A stretch of 64,000 nucleotides of DNA from Candidatus Poribacteria bacterium (GCA_965208325.1 OZ242326.1:3680001-3744000), one strand, 5' to 3'; shown: positions 9,358 through 20,067, counted from the first letter of the stretch. Notes: generated by a model not told the origin, from the letters alone. A program made the numbers and translations.

Positions 9358-12300
9358 TTACTTTATAATGACAAGGCGACGTGTTTGATGGTGCGACGGG
9401 GTTTTTAACCGGTAAAAATACGTGCCGCTCGAAACTGGTTCCCCGAAGGCGTTACGTCCGTTCCAATACGCAGCGCGGTCTCGACTATTGTAAAAACCCG
9501 CGGATTGAAAACCGAGCGAGAGCGTACGCACTAAATTTCCGGTTAAATCGTAGATTGATATTGATACGGGACTGTCGCCCGAGAGCTGGTACGGAATCCA
9601 AGTTTCAGGGTTAAACGGATTCGGATAGTTAGTCAACAGCTCCGTCTCCGATGGAATCTCATAGAGTTCCAATTCGGGCACCACGATTCGGCTCGCCAAC
9701 ACGTCTTCCGCGAGCACGACAATCTGCGGTACCGACCGTACGCCGACGTACGGGTTCGGTGAATGTGCTACGATTTCCAGCACATCGCCAGCCTTGGCTG
9801 CGCGGCGGTTCAATTCAACAAACGTACCGCTGTAGGCTGTCTCGGACAGTTCCGTACCGAGAACGGTGTCGATCGAGGCGCCCGTGGATAGGTTTTTCCC
9901 AGTGACACGGAGTTTCGGAATTTGTGACAACATGTCGAACTGGTCTGTTATGCCGTCCTAAATATACAGCACGGGCGTCTCTGTGATGTCGAACGTTACT
10001 GCCGGTGCAGCCGACACGGCTCCTTTGTCCTACCAGGCTGAACCGATTATTGAGATGCTGGCTGCTTCCAGTTCAAGGTAAACAACGAGGTAACCTACGC
10101 CGCCTACGATAGGACCGTCGCCTAGATCGCCCGGTTCCCGAATCGCGAGGAATCCGTTGCCATCGGTTTTGGAGACCGCGATTGCGCCGACACCGCCGAC
10201 CAGGAGATCACTAATCATGTTGAATCCCGTTGCTGGTTGAAGCGGCACACCGACGAGGTTGTTTCCAGAGCGCAAGGTAATCTGAGCGGTGCCGGCGGTA
10301 CCTAGCGCGCCGCCTACAAGTTCGAGAGTTGCTGCGCTATTCATCACGGCGATAAGGCCGGTGTCGCCGCCGATAGGCGCGTCCGCCATGCTGCCCGTGC
10401 TCTCGTTGCCGTAATAGGTTATCCAGCTGCCGTCTTTGCCGATTGTGATGATGAAGTTGACCGCATCGCCGAGCGCGTTGTATAGATCGCCGACGGTCTC
10501 AATCGTACGGTCTTCGCCGTTAATCTGGTTAACAGCCAACGGGATATGGATGATATGGGTACCCGCGGGGATAAACAATGTGAACTTCGGCGTTCTCTCG
10601 GCGTCGATTGTCAGAATGGCGACCGCCTCGGAATTTCCTTCGACGATTACGCGGACCGTATTGGTGCTCGGAGCGGTGCCAAGCGTGAGAGTGGTCTCCG
10701 CCCTGCCGGTGGCATCTGTCGCGGTGCTAGTGGTGCTGAGCGTCCCATCGCCACCCGTAACGGCAAATGTAACCGGAACCCCTTGGAATGCAACACCATT
10801 TTGATCCTCCACTTCCACGACGAACGGTTTTTCAAGCGCGGCGCCGGGCAATCCCTGTTGGTCATCGCCGGACACGATGCGAACCCGTTGGGGCGTGCGG
10901 TTGTCAAAACCTACTTCAATTCCTCGTTCTTGCAAGGCAGGAATGTGCGTGTATATCGACTGGTAGCTTAGGGGGTTCGTATACAATGATATGTTGTCTC
11001 CATCCCCCAAGCCCGTATTTGCTACTAGAGATGATATGTCGGATATGTCGTTGTTGTTGAGCCGCAGGATTGTCAAATTGGTTGCATGTTCTAGACCGGT
11101 TAAATCGGTAATATTGGACTCCTCGGCGTCAAGTCTGGTCAAAGTCACCATATCCGCCGTAGTGATGGTTTCGCCTGACGTTTTGCCGAGGGCGTTCTCA
11201 ATTTTCGCACGGAGTTTGGGGTCGGGGATCTTGACCGTTTGCGCGGTGCCCTCCGGTTGTACTATCCTGTTATCAAATTGTACTGCAACTCCTCTGTCTT
11301 GGAGGGTGGGAATATGGGTGTTGATGGCTGCGTCGTTCAGGGGGTTTCCCCGCACATCAACCACGTCATCCCGCTCCAATCCTATATTTTCTACTAGGGG
11401 TGATATGTCGAAAATGGCGTTGTTGTTAAGAAACAGGCCCGACAGATAAGGCAAATCGGCTACGGCAGATATGTCGGATATGGTGTTATCCTTAAGCGAC
11501 AGGGTTGTCAGATATTGCAGGGTATTCAGATAAGGCAAATCGGCTACGGCAGATATGTCGGATATGGAGTTGTTGTTAAGCGACAGGGTTGTCAGATAAG
11601 GCAAACTGGCTACGGCAAATATGTCGGATATGGAGTTGTTGTTAAGAAACAGGTCTCTCAGATTAAACAAGTGTTCGACTGGTGATATGTCGGATATGGA
11701 GTTGTCGTTAAGCCACAGCTTATTCAGATTAGTCAAGTTTGCGACCGGTGATATGTCGGATATGGAGTTGTTGTTAAGAAACAGTTCCTCCAGATTAGTC
11801 AAGTTTGCGACCGGTGATATGTCGGATATGGAGTTTTGGTCAAGCGACAGTTCCTTCAAATTAAACAAGTTTGCGACCGGTGATATGTCGGATATGGAAT
11901 TGTTGTCAAACCGCAGGTTTGTCAGTTTATTTAATCGCGCGACTGGTGATATGTCGGATATGGAGTTGTTGTTAAGCCACAGTTTATTCAGATTAGTCAA
12001 GTTTGCGGCCGGTGATATGTCGGATATAGAGCCGTTGTTAAGCGACAGTTCTGTCAAGTTGGTTGCATGTTCTAGACCGGTTAAATCGGTAATTTTGGAC
12101 TCTTCGGCGTCAAGTCTGCGCAAGTCCGCCATATCCTCCCTAGTGATGTCTTCGCCTGACGTTTTGCCGAGGGCGTTCTCAATTTTCGCACGGAGTTTGA
12201 GGTCGGGGATGTTAACCGTGTTATCAAATCGTACTGTAACGCCTCTGTTTAGTAGTACGGGAATGTGGGTGGTGAAGGCTGCGTCGTTCAGGGGGTTTCC

Positions 12301-13689
12301 CCACACATCAACCTCGTCCAATCCTGTATTTTCTACTAGGGGTGATATGTCCGAAATACTGTTATCCTTAAGCGACAGGATTGTCAGATTAGTCAAGTTT
12401 GCGACTGGTGATATGTCGGATATGGAGTTTTGGTTGAGCTGCAGGATTGTCAGATTAGTCAAGTTTGCGACCGGTGATATGTCGGATATGGAGTTTTGGT
12501 TGAGCTGCAGGATTGTCAGATTAGTCAAGTTTGCGACCGGTGATATGTCGGATATGGAGTTGTTGTTAAGCCACAGTTCCTCCAGATTAGTCAAGTTTGC
12601 GACTGGTGATATGTCGGATATGAAGTTTTGGTTGAGCTGCAGGATTGTCAGATTAGTCAAGTTTGCGACCGGTGATATGTCGGATATATAGGTGTTGTTA
12701 AGAAACAGTTCTGTCAGGTTGGTTGCACGTTCTAGACCGGTTAAATCGGTAATATAGGACCCCTGGGCGTCAAGTCTGGTCAAAGTCAGCATATTCTCCC
12801 TAGTGATGTCTTCGCCTGACGTTTTGCCGAGGGCGTCCCTAATTTTCGCACGGAGGTTGGTGGCGGGGATGTTTACCGTGTTATCAAATCGTACTGCAAC
12901 GCCTCTGTTTAGTAGTGCGGGAATGTGGGTGGTGAATGCTGCGTCGTTCAGGGGGTTTCCCCACACATCAACCTCCTCATCCCGCTCCAATCCTGTATTT
13001 TCTACTAGGGGTGATATGTCGGATATGGAGTTATTGTCAAGCAACAAGCGTGTCAGATTAGTCAAGTTTGCGACCGGTGATATGTCGGATATGGAGTTGT
13101 CGTTAAGCCACAGGTCCTCCAGATTAGTCAAGTTTGTGACCGGTGATATGTCGGATATGGAGTTTTGTCTAAGCAACAGGTTCTCCAGATTAGTCAAGTT
13201 TGCGACTGGTGATATGTTGGATATGGAGTTTTGTCTAAGAAACAGGCGTGTCAGATTAGTCAAGTTTGCGACTGGTGATATGTCGGATATGGAGTTTCGG
13301 TCAAGCTGCAGGTTTCTCAGATTAGTCAAGTTTGCGACTGGTGATACGTCGGATATGGAGTTGCTGTTAAGCAACAGGATTGTCAGATTAGTCAAGTTTG
13401 CGACTGGTGATATGTCGGATATGGAGTTGCTGTTAAGCCGCAGGTGTGTCAAGTTGGTTGCATGTTCTAGACCGGTTAAACCGGTAACGTTGGCCCGCTG
13501 GGCGTTAAGTTCGGTCAAAGTCAGCATATTCTCCCTAGTGATGTCTTCGCCTGACGTTTTGCCGAGGGCGTCCCTAATTTTCGCACGGAGGTTGGGGTCG
13601 GGGATGTTTACCGTTTGTGCGGTTACCGTCAATGGAAGTGAAAAGCATATCAGCAGGAAAAACGTAAAACAGAAATGGCGTTTCGTCAT
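9358..13689 (-). CDS. Second internalin-like LRR protein (LRRs, Big_1-like Ig domain, C-terminal sorting-like domain) interrupted by two in-frame TAG codons
   Basis: ORFs 10030-13689 and 9358-9933 share one frame. The linker reads W*DKGAVSAAPAVTFDITETPVLYI*DGITDQFDM, with TAG at 10030-10032 and 9958-9960. Confidence 0.85.
11560..13450 (-). repeat. 66-bp intragenic tandem repeats encoding 22-aa LRRs
   Basis: Recurrent GATTAGTCAAGTTTGCGAC(C/T)GGTGATATGTCGGATATGGAGTT separated by ~23 variable bases, in frame with the LRR gene. Confidence 0.9.
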
Positions 13690-13891
13690 CGGATTATTTC
13701 CTTTGTGGTTTAAATGGGTAATGAGTAAAGCGTAAAGCGTAATGAGTAATTGCGGCGTGGTACTCGTCAGGTGTAACCTGATGATTGGGCGTGAATAGCC
13801 GTGGACAAAAAATGTGCGGGCATGGGCATTGGATTTTAATGGTGATTAGATGCGTCAATCTCATGGATCGACTGCACAAAACCATTTAATA

Positions 13892-13908
13892 CGCATAAAC
13901 TGTGCCAA
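13892..13908 (-). promoter_or_regulatory. Sigma54 (-24/-12) promoter for the LRR genes
   Basis: Minus strand TTGGCACAGTTTATGCG: TGGCAC with exact GG-N10-GC spacing, about 200 bp upstream of ATG 13689. Confidence 0.75.
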
Positions 13909-14088
13909 TGCACGATAGCACGAGGGTTGGGCAGAGGATTCTTTGATAGGCTTGATTTAGAAGGATAGGGGGGCAGATAGCGCGTGAGTGCGCGGGTTGA
14001 AAACGTGGGAAAATGCGATACGTAAGACGGATATTGAATTGAAGAAAATTTGAGGAAAGACTGTAATGGTGCGGGATACGGGGGAGTT

Positions 14089-14124
14089 TGTCGCAGAATG
14101 CCTAAAAAATCGCATAATGCGACA
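14089..14124. promoter_or_regulatory. Putative enhancer (UAS) pair for a sigma54 activator
   Basis: TGTCGCAGAATGCCTA and the palindrome TCGCAT-A-ATGCGA(CA), about 185-220 bp upstream of the -24 box. Confidence 0.5.
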
Positions 14125-14139
14125 GTTGGCGGAGTTAAA

Positions 14140-14312
14140 TGACGCGGTTGGGAAACCGCGCCTACCGAACAAGGGTGGGACCGCGCCGACCGGGTATGAT
14201 TGGATATGACGCGTTTGAAAATCGCGCGGGTTGAAGCGAAGGGCGAGGGGACCTCGCCCCTACGGATTGAGGCGACGCCGATTAGACGCGGTTAGGAAAC
14301 CGCGCTTATCGG
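14140..14312. repeat. Cluster of REP-like hairpins
   Basis: CGCGGTT(G/A)GGAAACCGCGC(C/T)TA(C/T)CG copies and GGGCGAGGGGACCTCGCCCCTAC (14241). Confidence 0.7.
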
Positions 14313-16240
14313 GATGGACCGCGTAGTTTATACAACTTCGCTTTTCGATAAAGGGTTGAACGGTCAATCTTTAAGGCTTGGGCTGCTTTCGTGACATTAT
14401 AGTCCATTATCTCTAGAGCGTGGGCAAGTGTGTGACGTTCGACCTCTTCAAAAGGCAGGATTCCCGTTGCGTCAAGGGAAGACAAGAGAGATTGGGAAGT
14501 CATCATTGACAGAATGTGCGGCGACAGGTTACTCAGTTGTAACAGTTCTGTGTTCTCAAGCAAAACGGCGCGGCGAATCAGGTTTTCCAACTCGCGCACG
14601 TTACCGGGAAAGTCATACTGCATCAATAAGTGTAAAGCATCAGCGGAAATCGCTTTAATTGATTTTTTCGCACTGGCGGCGTATTTTTTCAGAAAATGGT
14701 CCGCCAAAAGGGGAATGTCTTCACGCCGGTTTCTAAGCGGAGGAATCGCGATTGGGAACGCGGCGATCCGATAGAAAAGATCCTTTCGGAACGTGCCCGC
14801 TACCACCCCAGCTTCTAAATCCTGATTTGTCGCTGTCAGCACTCGAATGTCAACCGGGATATCGCCTGCGCCGCCGACGCGCTGGATCTGCTGCTCTTGG
14901 AGCACACGCAACAACTTTGCCTGCAACACCCACGGCATATCGCCAATTTCATCAAAAAAGATAGTTCCTCGATTCGCTTGTTCAAATTTGCCGATTCGTT
15001 TGGTTGCGGCACCGGTGAAAGCTCCCCGTTCATGACCAAACAATTCGCTTTCAACGAGGGACTCCGGAATGGCGGCACAATTTACGGTAATAAAGGGGCC
15101 GGTTTTGCGAGGACCGTTATAGTGGATTGCACGTGCAACCAATTCTTTGCCAGTCCCACTTTCTCCGGATATTAGCACGTTGATGTCACTTTCAGCCGCG
15201 CGTTGCATCAACGCGAACATCTGCTGCATGTGTTGGTTCTCACCTACAATTTCGCTAAACGATGGAATAGCTACAAGTTCGCCATGCAAGCGGAGCGTAT
15301 CAACGTCCGTCGGCGGGCGGTCAAGCTCTTTGGACATATCACGGTAGCTGACAACACTGCCAGCAGGATAGCCTTGATCATTCCGCAGCGGGGTAATCGA
15401 GCGATAAAGCAACCTCGGTTCAGACTGGCTGCCTTTTCCAACCGCTTCCACCACGTCTTTTACATTTTCGGAGAGCAACTTTTGCCCCGGTTGCGATCCC
15501 TCCGGCGTTTGGAAGCGCGCCCTCATACATGCCTTGAGTTCGGCGGGTGACATCTGTCTCAGTTGTTCGTCTGTTAAATCGAACAGTTGTTGATAGTGTT
15601 GATTTGCAAACACTAGGTTTCCCTGGTTATCGAACAATCCGATGGCATCGCCCGCAGCATCAACCACCGTTTCGAGCTTCTGGTTCTTGGCTTCCAGCCG
15701 ACGACGATCGGTTACCATTTGCTGTTGTTTTATGGATAATTCTTGTTGGATGTTCCACCTTTCGACCAGGGAAAGCGTAAGCTGCTGAACCTCCTCCGGT
15801 GCAAAGGGTTTTCGGATATATAACAGTTTGTTAAGCAGTTTCATATCTCGGACAATTTCAGGCAGCGGTTTATCTGTGTACGCGGTCATGATGACCATCT
15901 CGACATCCGTTTCGATCTGCCTGATGCGGCGGATTGCCTCCACCCCGTCAATGCCCGGGGGCATTCTGACATCAATGTACGCAACGGCAATTGGACGGTT
16001 TGATGCTTTCGCCGTGCATATAATGTCCTGCGCCTCCTCTCCACTTGTTGCATGCAAAAGTTCAAAGTTAGGTAGAAAGTCGGTTTTATGCTTTGGAACC
16101 TTGTCGTGAAAATTCTCTGCTAACGCAGCCGTTAATGTCCGCCGCCGGTTGGGATTCAACATATATTTAAAGTCGGTGTGGATTCCGGCTTCATCGTCGA
16201 CGATTAGGACACGATAATTCCAATGTTGTTTTGATTCCAT
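14306..16240 (-). CDS. Sigma54-dependent response regulator (REC-PAS-AAA+-Fis HTH)
   Basis: IVDDE/YIDVRMP receiver, PAS segment, GESGTGKE, GAFTGA, FFDEIG and IDRSTLYRK HTH. Confidence 0.95.
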   Translation of the reverse strand: MESKQHWNYRVLIVDDEAGIHTDFKYMLNPNRRRTLTAALAENFHDKVPKHKTDFLPNFELLHATSGEEAQDIICTAKASNRPIAVAYIDVRMPPGIDGVEAIRRIRQIETDVEMVIMTAYTDKPLPEIVRDMKLLNKLLYIRKPFAPEEVQQLTLSLVERWNIQQELSIKQQQMVTDRRRLEAKNQKLETVVDAAGDAIGLFDNQGNLVFANQHYQQLFDLTDEQLRQMSPAELKACMRARFQTPEGSQPGQKLLSENVKDVVEAVGKGSQSEPRLLYRSITPLRNDQGYPAGSVVSYRDMSKELDRPPTDVDTLRLHGELVAIPSFSEIVGENQHMQQMFALMQRAAESDINVLISGESGTGKELVARAIHYNGPRKTGPFITVNCAAIPESLVESELFGHERGAFTGAATKRIGKFEQANRGTIFFDEIGDMPWVLQAKLLRVLQEQQIQRVGGAGDIPVDIRVLTATNQDLEAGVVAGTFRKDLFYRIAAFPIAIPPLRNRREDIPLLADHFLKKYAASAKKSIKAISADALHLLMQYDFPGNVRELENLIRRAVLLENTELLQLSNLSPHILSMMTSQSLLSSLDATGILPFEEVERHTLAHALEIMDYNVTKAAQALKIDRSTLYRKAKLYKLRGPSR

Positions 16241-16296
16241 TGAACCACCTCAGTGCGTAGGTTGTGTTGACGTTAATTTGAGGCGTTTCCCTGTTC

Positions 16297-16883
16297 GTAG
16301 GGGCGAGGTTTCCTCGCCCAAATGGTTGGGGGCCCCAACCCCTACGAGGAATACGCGCTGGGGGCCCCAGCCCCTACGGAGATTCATCCGTCTCCAATCG
16401 TAGGGGCGGGGTTTCCCCGCCCAAATGGTTGGGGCCCAACCCCTACGTGGAATACGGGCTGGGGGACCCCGCCCCTACGAAGATTCATCCGTCTCCAATC
16501 GTAGGGGCGGGGTTTCCCCGCCCAAATGGTTGGGTTCCCAACCCCTTCGAGAAATTCGGGCTGGGGGACCCCGCCCCTACGAAGATTCATTCGTCTCCAA
16601 TCGTAGGGGCGAGGTTCCCTCGCCCAAATGGTTGGGGAACCCAACCCCTACGAGGAATACGGGCTGGGGGCCCCCAGCCCCTACGAAGATTCATCCGTTT
16701 CCAATCGTAGGGGCGGGGTTTCCCCGCCCAAATGGTTGGGGGGCCCAACCCCTACGAGGAATACGGGCTGGGGGGCCCAACCCCTACGAGGAATACGGGC
16801 TGGGGGACCCAGCCCCTACGAGGAATACGGGCTGGGGGACCCAGCCCCTACGAGGAATACGGGCTGGGGGACCCAGCCCCTAC
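16297..16883. repeat. REP/BIME-like array downstream of the RAYT gene
   Basis: GTAG-GGGCG(A/G)GGTTTCC(T/C)CGCCC at 16297, 16400, 16501, 16603 and 16707 (period ~102 bp), plus inverted ...CCCCTAC hairpins. Confidence 0.9.
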
Positions 16884-17476
16884 GAAGATTTTTTGGTGAA
16901 ATTGTTGGGATGCAATCGATCTAATTGCCATTGCATCGGATTATCAGTAATGTATTGGCGAATGCGCTGTAAATCTATGTCGTCTCTGATTACATGGTCG
17001 TAATAATTCCTTTGCCAAATTCGTGTTCCCGGCATATCACGATGTTGATTGATACACTTAGTGGATTGATACTTGAAATATGCCACCACCTGCCCTAACG
17101 TGGGCAAGTGAATCTTAGTCCTACGGTTGGGTAAAACGGGCGAGGGTACCGCGCTCGTACGGTTTGGTTGTGAATGGGGGTACGGGCGAGGGGCCCTCGC
17201 CCCTACGGTTTTCAATAAGATAATCCCGTGTACGTGATTGGGCATTACAACGCATAAGTCTAATTCAGCAGAAAGGAAATGTTGTGGAATACTGTCCCAA
17301 CATTCGATGACAATTTTCCCTATTTCATTCAATTGCATCTGTCCGTCGATTATCTTCCCGAATAAGCATTTTTGCTCTTGCACACAAATAGTTACAAAGT
17401 ACCCACCGGTTTGACCGTAATCATAGTTGCGCAAGCGTATCGAACGGCGTCGGGATTGGCTTGGTTTCAGGTACAT
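16880..17476 (-). mobile_element. REP-associated tyrosine (HUH/Y1) transposase, RAYT/TnpA-REP
   Basis: RRSIRLRNYDY..YFVTIC, HUH motif VMPNHVH, WQRNYYDHVIRD and YITDNP; flanked by GTAG REPs. Confidence 0.9.
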
Positions 17477-17527
17477 CAGTAAAATCTCTTTTGGAGAATT
17501 GTTTGTGTATCCTTAAGGTTGAAACAC

Positions 17528-17899
17528 GGGCTGGGGGACCCCAGCCCCTACGAAGATTCATCCGTCTCCAATCGTAGGGGCGAGGTTGCCTCGCCCAAAT
17601 GGTTGGGGCCCCAACCCCTACGAGGAATACGGGCTGGGGGACCCATCCCCTACGAAGATTCATCCGTTTCCAATCGTAGGGGCGGGGTTTCCCCGCCCAA
17701 ATGGTTGGGGCTCCAATCCCTTCAAGGATTGGCATACCACACGTTGCCGTAGGGGCGAGGTTTCCTCGCCCAAATGGTTGGGTTCCCAACCCCTACGAGA
17801 AATTCGGGCTGGGGGACCCAGCCCCTACGGAGATTTATCCGTTTCCAATCGTAGGGGCGGGGTTTCCCCGCCCAATGGGTTGGGGGACCCAGCCCCTAC
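17528..17899. repeat. REP/BIME-like array upstream of the RAYT gene
   Basis: Same units as the left array; GTAG at 17574, 17676, 17749 and 17851. Confidence 0.9.
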
Positions 17900-17964
17900 G
17901 AAGGACGGATGGGTTGTGGGACAAGATAAAGACTATTGCCTTCGCTATTCGCTCGGTTGATCCC

Positions 17965-20067
17965 CTACGGAATAACGGAGGAGTAACGCAGCATGATTCG
18001 CATGGTTGTGCCTTTGCCAATACCCTCGCTGAGGGGATAAATTTTCCCGCCAGCCCCGATCACAAAATTAGCACTTGAATGGAGTCCGAGCCCGGTCCCC
18101 GATTCCTTTGTTGTATAACCAGCACTGAAAATCAACTTTAAATTTTCCGGGGCAATACCGATGCCATTATCAATAACATCAAGACAAAGAAAATCCTCGC
18201 TGGTATACGCTTTGACCGCGATAGCCGGGGTTTCATTGAATCCACCCGATCGAGCGAGTTCATCAATGGCTTCAATCGAATTTTTGACCAAATTCACCAC
18301 CATTTGATGAAATTGACTTTCTTGAATCCGAATTTCGTCGGGGGCGTTTTCGCAGTTAATGTCTACTTGGATGCCTCTTTTATCGATCGAATCTTGCTGT
18401 AATTTCACTGCGCTCAGAATCGCTTCCTGAAGGTTGATATTTTTACGCATCACACCGGGTTGACTAGCGGACTTCTGTGTACGGATGATGTCGGTGATAT
18501 GCGAAACTCTTTCACTGACACGCTCAAGCGTCTCAACCACCTCTTTTTTTTGGTCGGTAAAATCTGCCGCGACCGCGATTATAAATGGGAGCACCTGTTG
18601 TCCTTGCGGGTCATTTTTGATGTATTCAACCCAATCGTGTTGATGTGCTTTAACCGCACCAGCAAATGCGAAGAAATGGTCCAGAAGATCATTATCGGCT
18701 AAATTTTCTTGAAGGACGTTAATTCCTACCGTTACGCTGTTGATTGCGTTGCCAATATTATGGAGGATGGTATCGACTATTTCCAACCGTCCTTGTGCGA
18801 ACGCTTGCGTCAAGGCTTCTTCGGCAATCACTCGGTGCGTCACGTCGCGGAAAACAATTACCCCGCCCTTCTCGGTACTGTCTTCATCATGCAGCGGCCT
18901 TCCGCTGACGCTGATAAAAACGCCTCCGGGCACTTTCGGGTTGCGCACGAACGTGTCTACATCGTCCGAGGCTTCGCCTTTAAGGGCACGGGCAAGCGGC
19001 AGTTCATCCGCCGGAAAGGGTGTAACTCTATCGGGGAAAAAGAAACCGTAGACCTCACTCCATTTATCAGGAGTTGCATCTATCGGACCGATTCCGAGAA
19101 TTCTTTCGGCGCTTGGGTTAAAAATTGTGAAGACGCCGCTTGCATCGGCAGCGATTACACCGTCGCTAATACTATTGAAAATGGTTTCGGTCAGTTGAAC
19201 CTGATTTTGCAGCTTCTGCATCGCTTCTTCCAACCGTATCGCCGCTATTTTATCACTTGTGATGTCGCGAATAACAGCAACGCAGGCTGCCACCTCCTGA
19301 TTTTCATCAAATAAGGGGATGGTGCTGCCCCTAATGTGAATTCCCTCCGCCTGCTCGCCACTGCGTACAAACAGTTCTTGATCTCTTACCGCGACACCCT
19401 GGAAAATCTCTCTGGACAGAATCTGATCGAGGGGTACCCGCGTTTTTCTGTCGGGATAAAACACACCGAGATTTTCAGACCACTTGCTAGGTACAGGCCC
19501 CACCGGGTCCCTGCTGAACATTTTTTGAATACTTGGATTGACGAACAATACCTCACCCATTAAATTGAGGACAGCGATACCGTCATACATACTATCAAAA
19601 ACGGTTTTCATCAGTTGGGTTTGATAGGGTAGCTCGCTGATGGCACGGTTTGAGTCCTCGTCCATTGTTTTGTACTTGGCGATATCGCGATGCCAGTGTA
19701 GCTGCTGTTCTATTCCCAAGCACAATTGATTCGTGTCGAAGGGTTTGAAGATATGACCAAATACCCTTGCCCGCCTTATCCTTTCCAATACATCGTCCGC
19801 TATAGAGTCAATCAGATATATCACGGGGATATCGAAATGGTGATAAATCTCTTCAGCAATTTCGACGGCATTCATCGCGCCTTCAAGTCCTATATTGACC
19901 ATAACCAAATCGGGCCGCATATCCGGTATTTTCTCAAAAGCCTGTGTCCCGCTTAAACACGAGGCGCAAACGGTGTATCCAAGCGTTTTTAATCGATTCT
20001 CAATCTCCCGGTCAAAAGCGTTGGTGTTCTCAACAATTAAGATCTTTGTGTCTGCCATTGTTCTCAT
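17965..20067 (-). CDS. Soluble sensor histidine kinase (pseudo-receiver, two PAS, HisKA, HATPase)
   Basis: H-box LHNIGNAINSV, N-box NLVKNSIEA, DNGIG and GTGLGL; no TM segments seen. Confidence 0.92.
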   Translation of the reverse strand: MRTMADTKILIVENTNAFDREIENRLKTLGYTVCASCLSGTQAFEKIPDMRPDLVMVNIGLEGAMNAVEIAEEIYHHFDIPVIYLIDSIADDVLERIRRARVFGHIFKPFDTNQLCLGIEQQLHWHRDIAKYKTMDEDSNRAISELPYQTQLMKTVFDSMYDGIAVLNLMGEVLFVNPSIQKMFSRDPVGPVPSKWSENLGVFYPDRKTRVPLDQILSREIFQGVAVRDQELFVRSGEQAEGIHIRGSTIPLFDENQEVAACVAVIRDITSDKIAAIRLEEAMQKLQNQVQLTETIFNSISDGVIAADASGVFTIFNPSAERILGIGPIDATPDKWSEVYGFFFPDRVTPFPADELPLARALKGEASDDVDTFVRNPKVPGGVFISVSGRPLHDEDSTEKGGVIVFRDVTHRVIAEEALTQAFAQGRLEIVDTILHNIGNAINSVTVGINVLQENLADNDLLDHFFAFAGAVKAHQHDWVEYIKNDPQGQQVLPFIIAVAADFTDQKKEVVETLERVSERVSHITDIIRTQKSASQPGVMRKNINLQEAILSAVKLQQDSIDKRGIQVDINCENAPDEIRIQESQFHQMVVNLVKNSIEAIDELARSGGFNETPAIAVKAYTSEDFLCLDVIDNGIGIAPENLKLIFSAGYTTKESGTGLGLHSSANFVIGAGGKIYPLSEGIGKGTTMRIMLRYSSVIP

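Noticed and set aside
11560..13450. CRISPR-like constant repeat plus variable spacer pattern
   Set aside because: Period is 66 bp, in frame within an LRR gene; spacers are related to each other and there are no cas genes.
7461..13735. Long plus-strand ORFs (e.g. 11621-12691, 12803-13735)
   Set aside because: Antisense shadows of the repetitive LRR genes.
14165..14195. T-box-like AAGGGTGGGACCGCG
   Set aside because: Embedded in REP hairpins, with no stem I or terminator and no suitable downstream gene on that strand.
16297..17899. CRISPR array or protein-coding repeat ORFs
   Set aside because: Linkers are constant rather than unique spacers; GTAG hairpins next to a RAYT identify REPs. The overlapping ORFs are by-products of GC-rich repeats.
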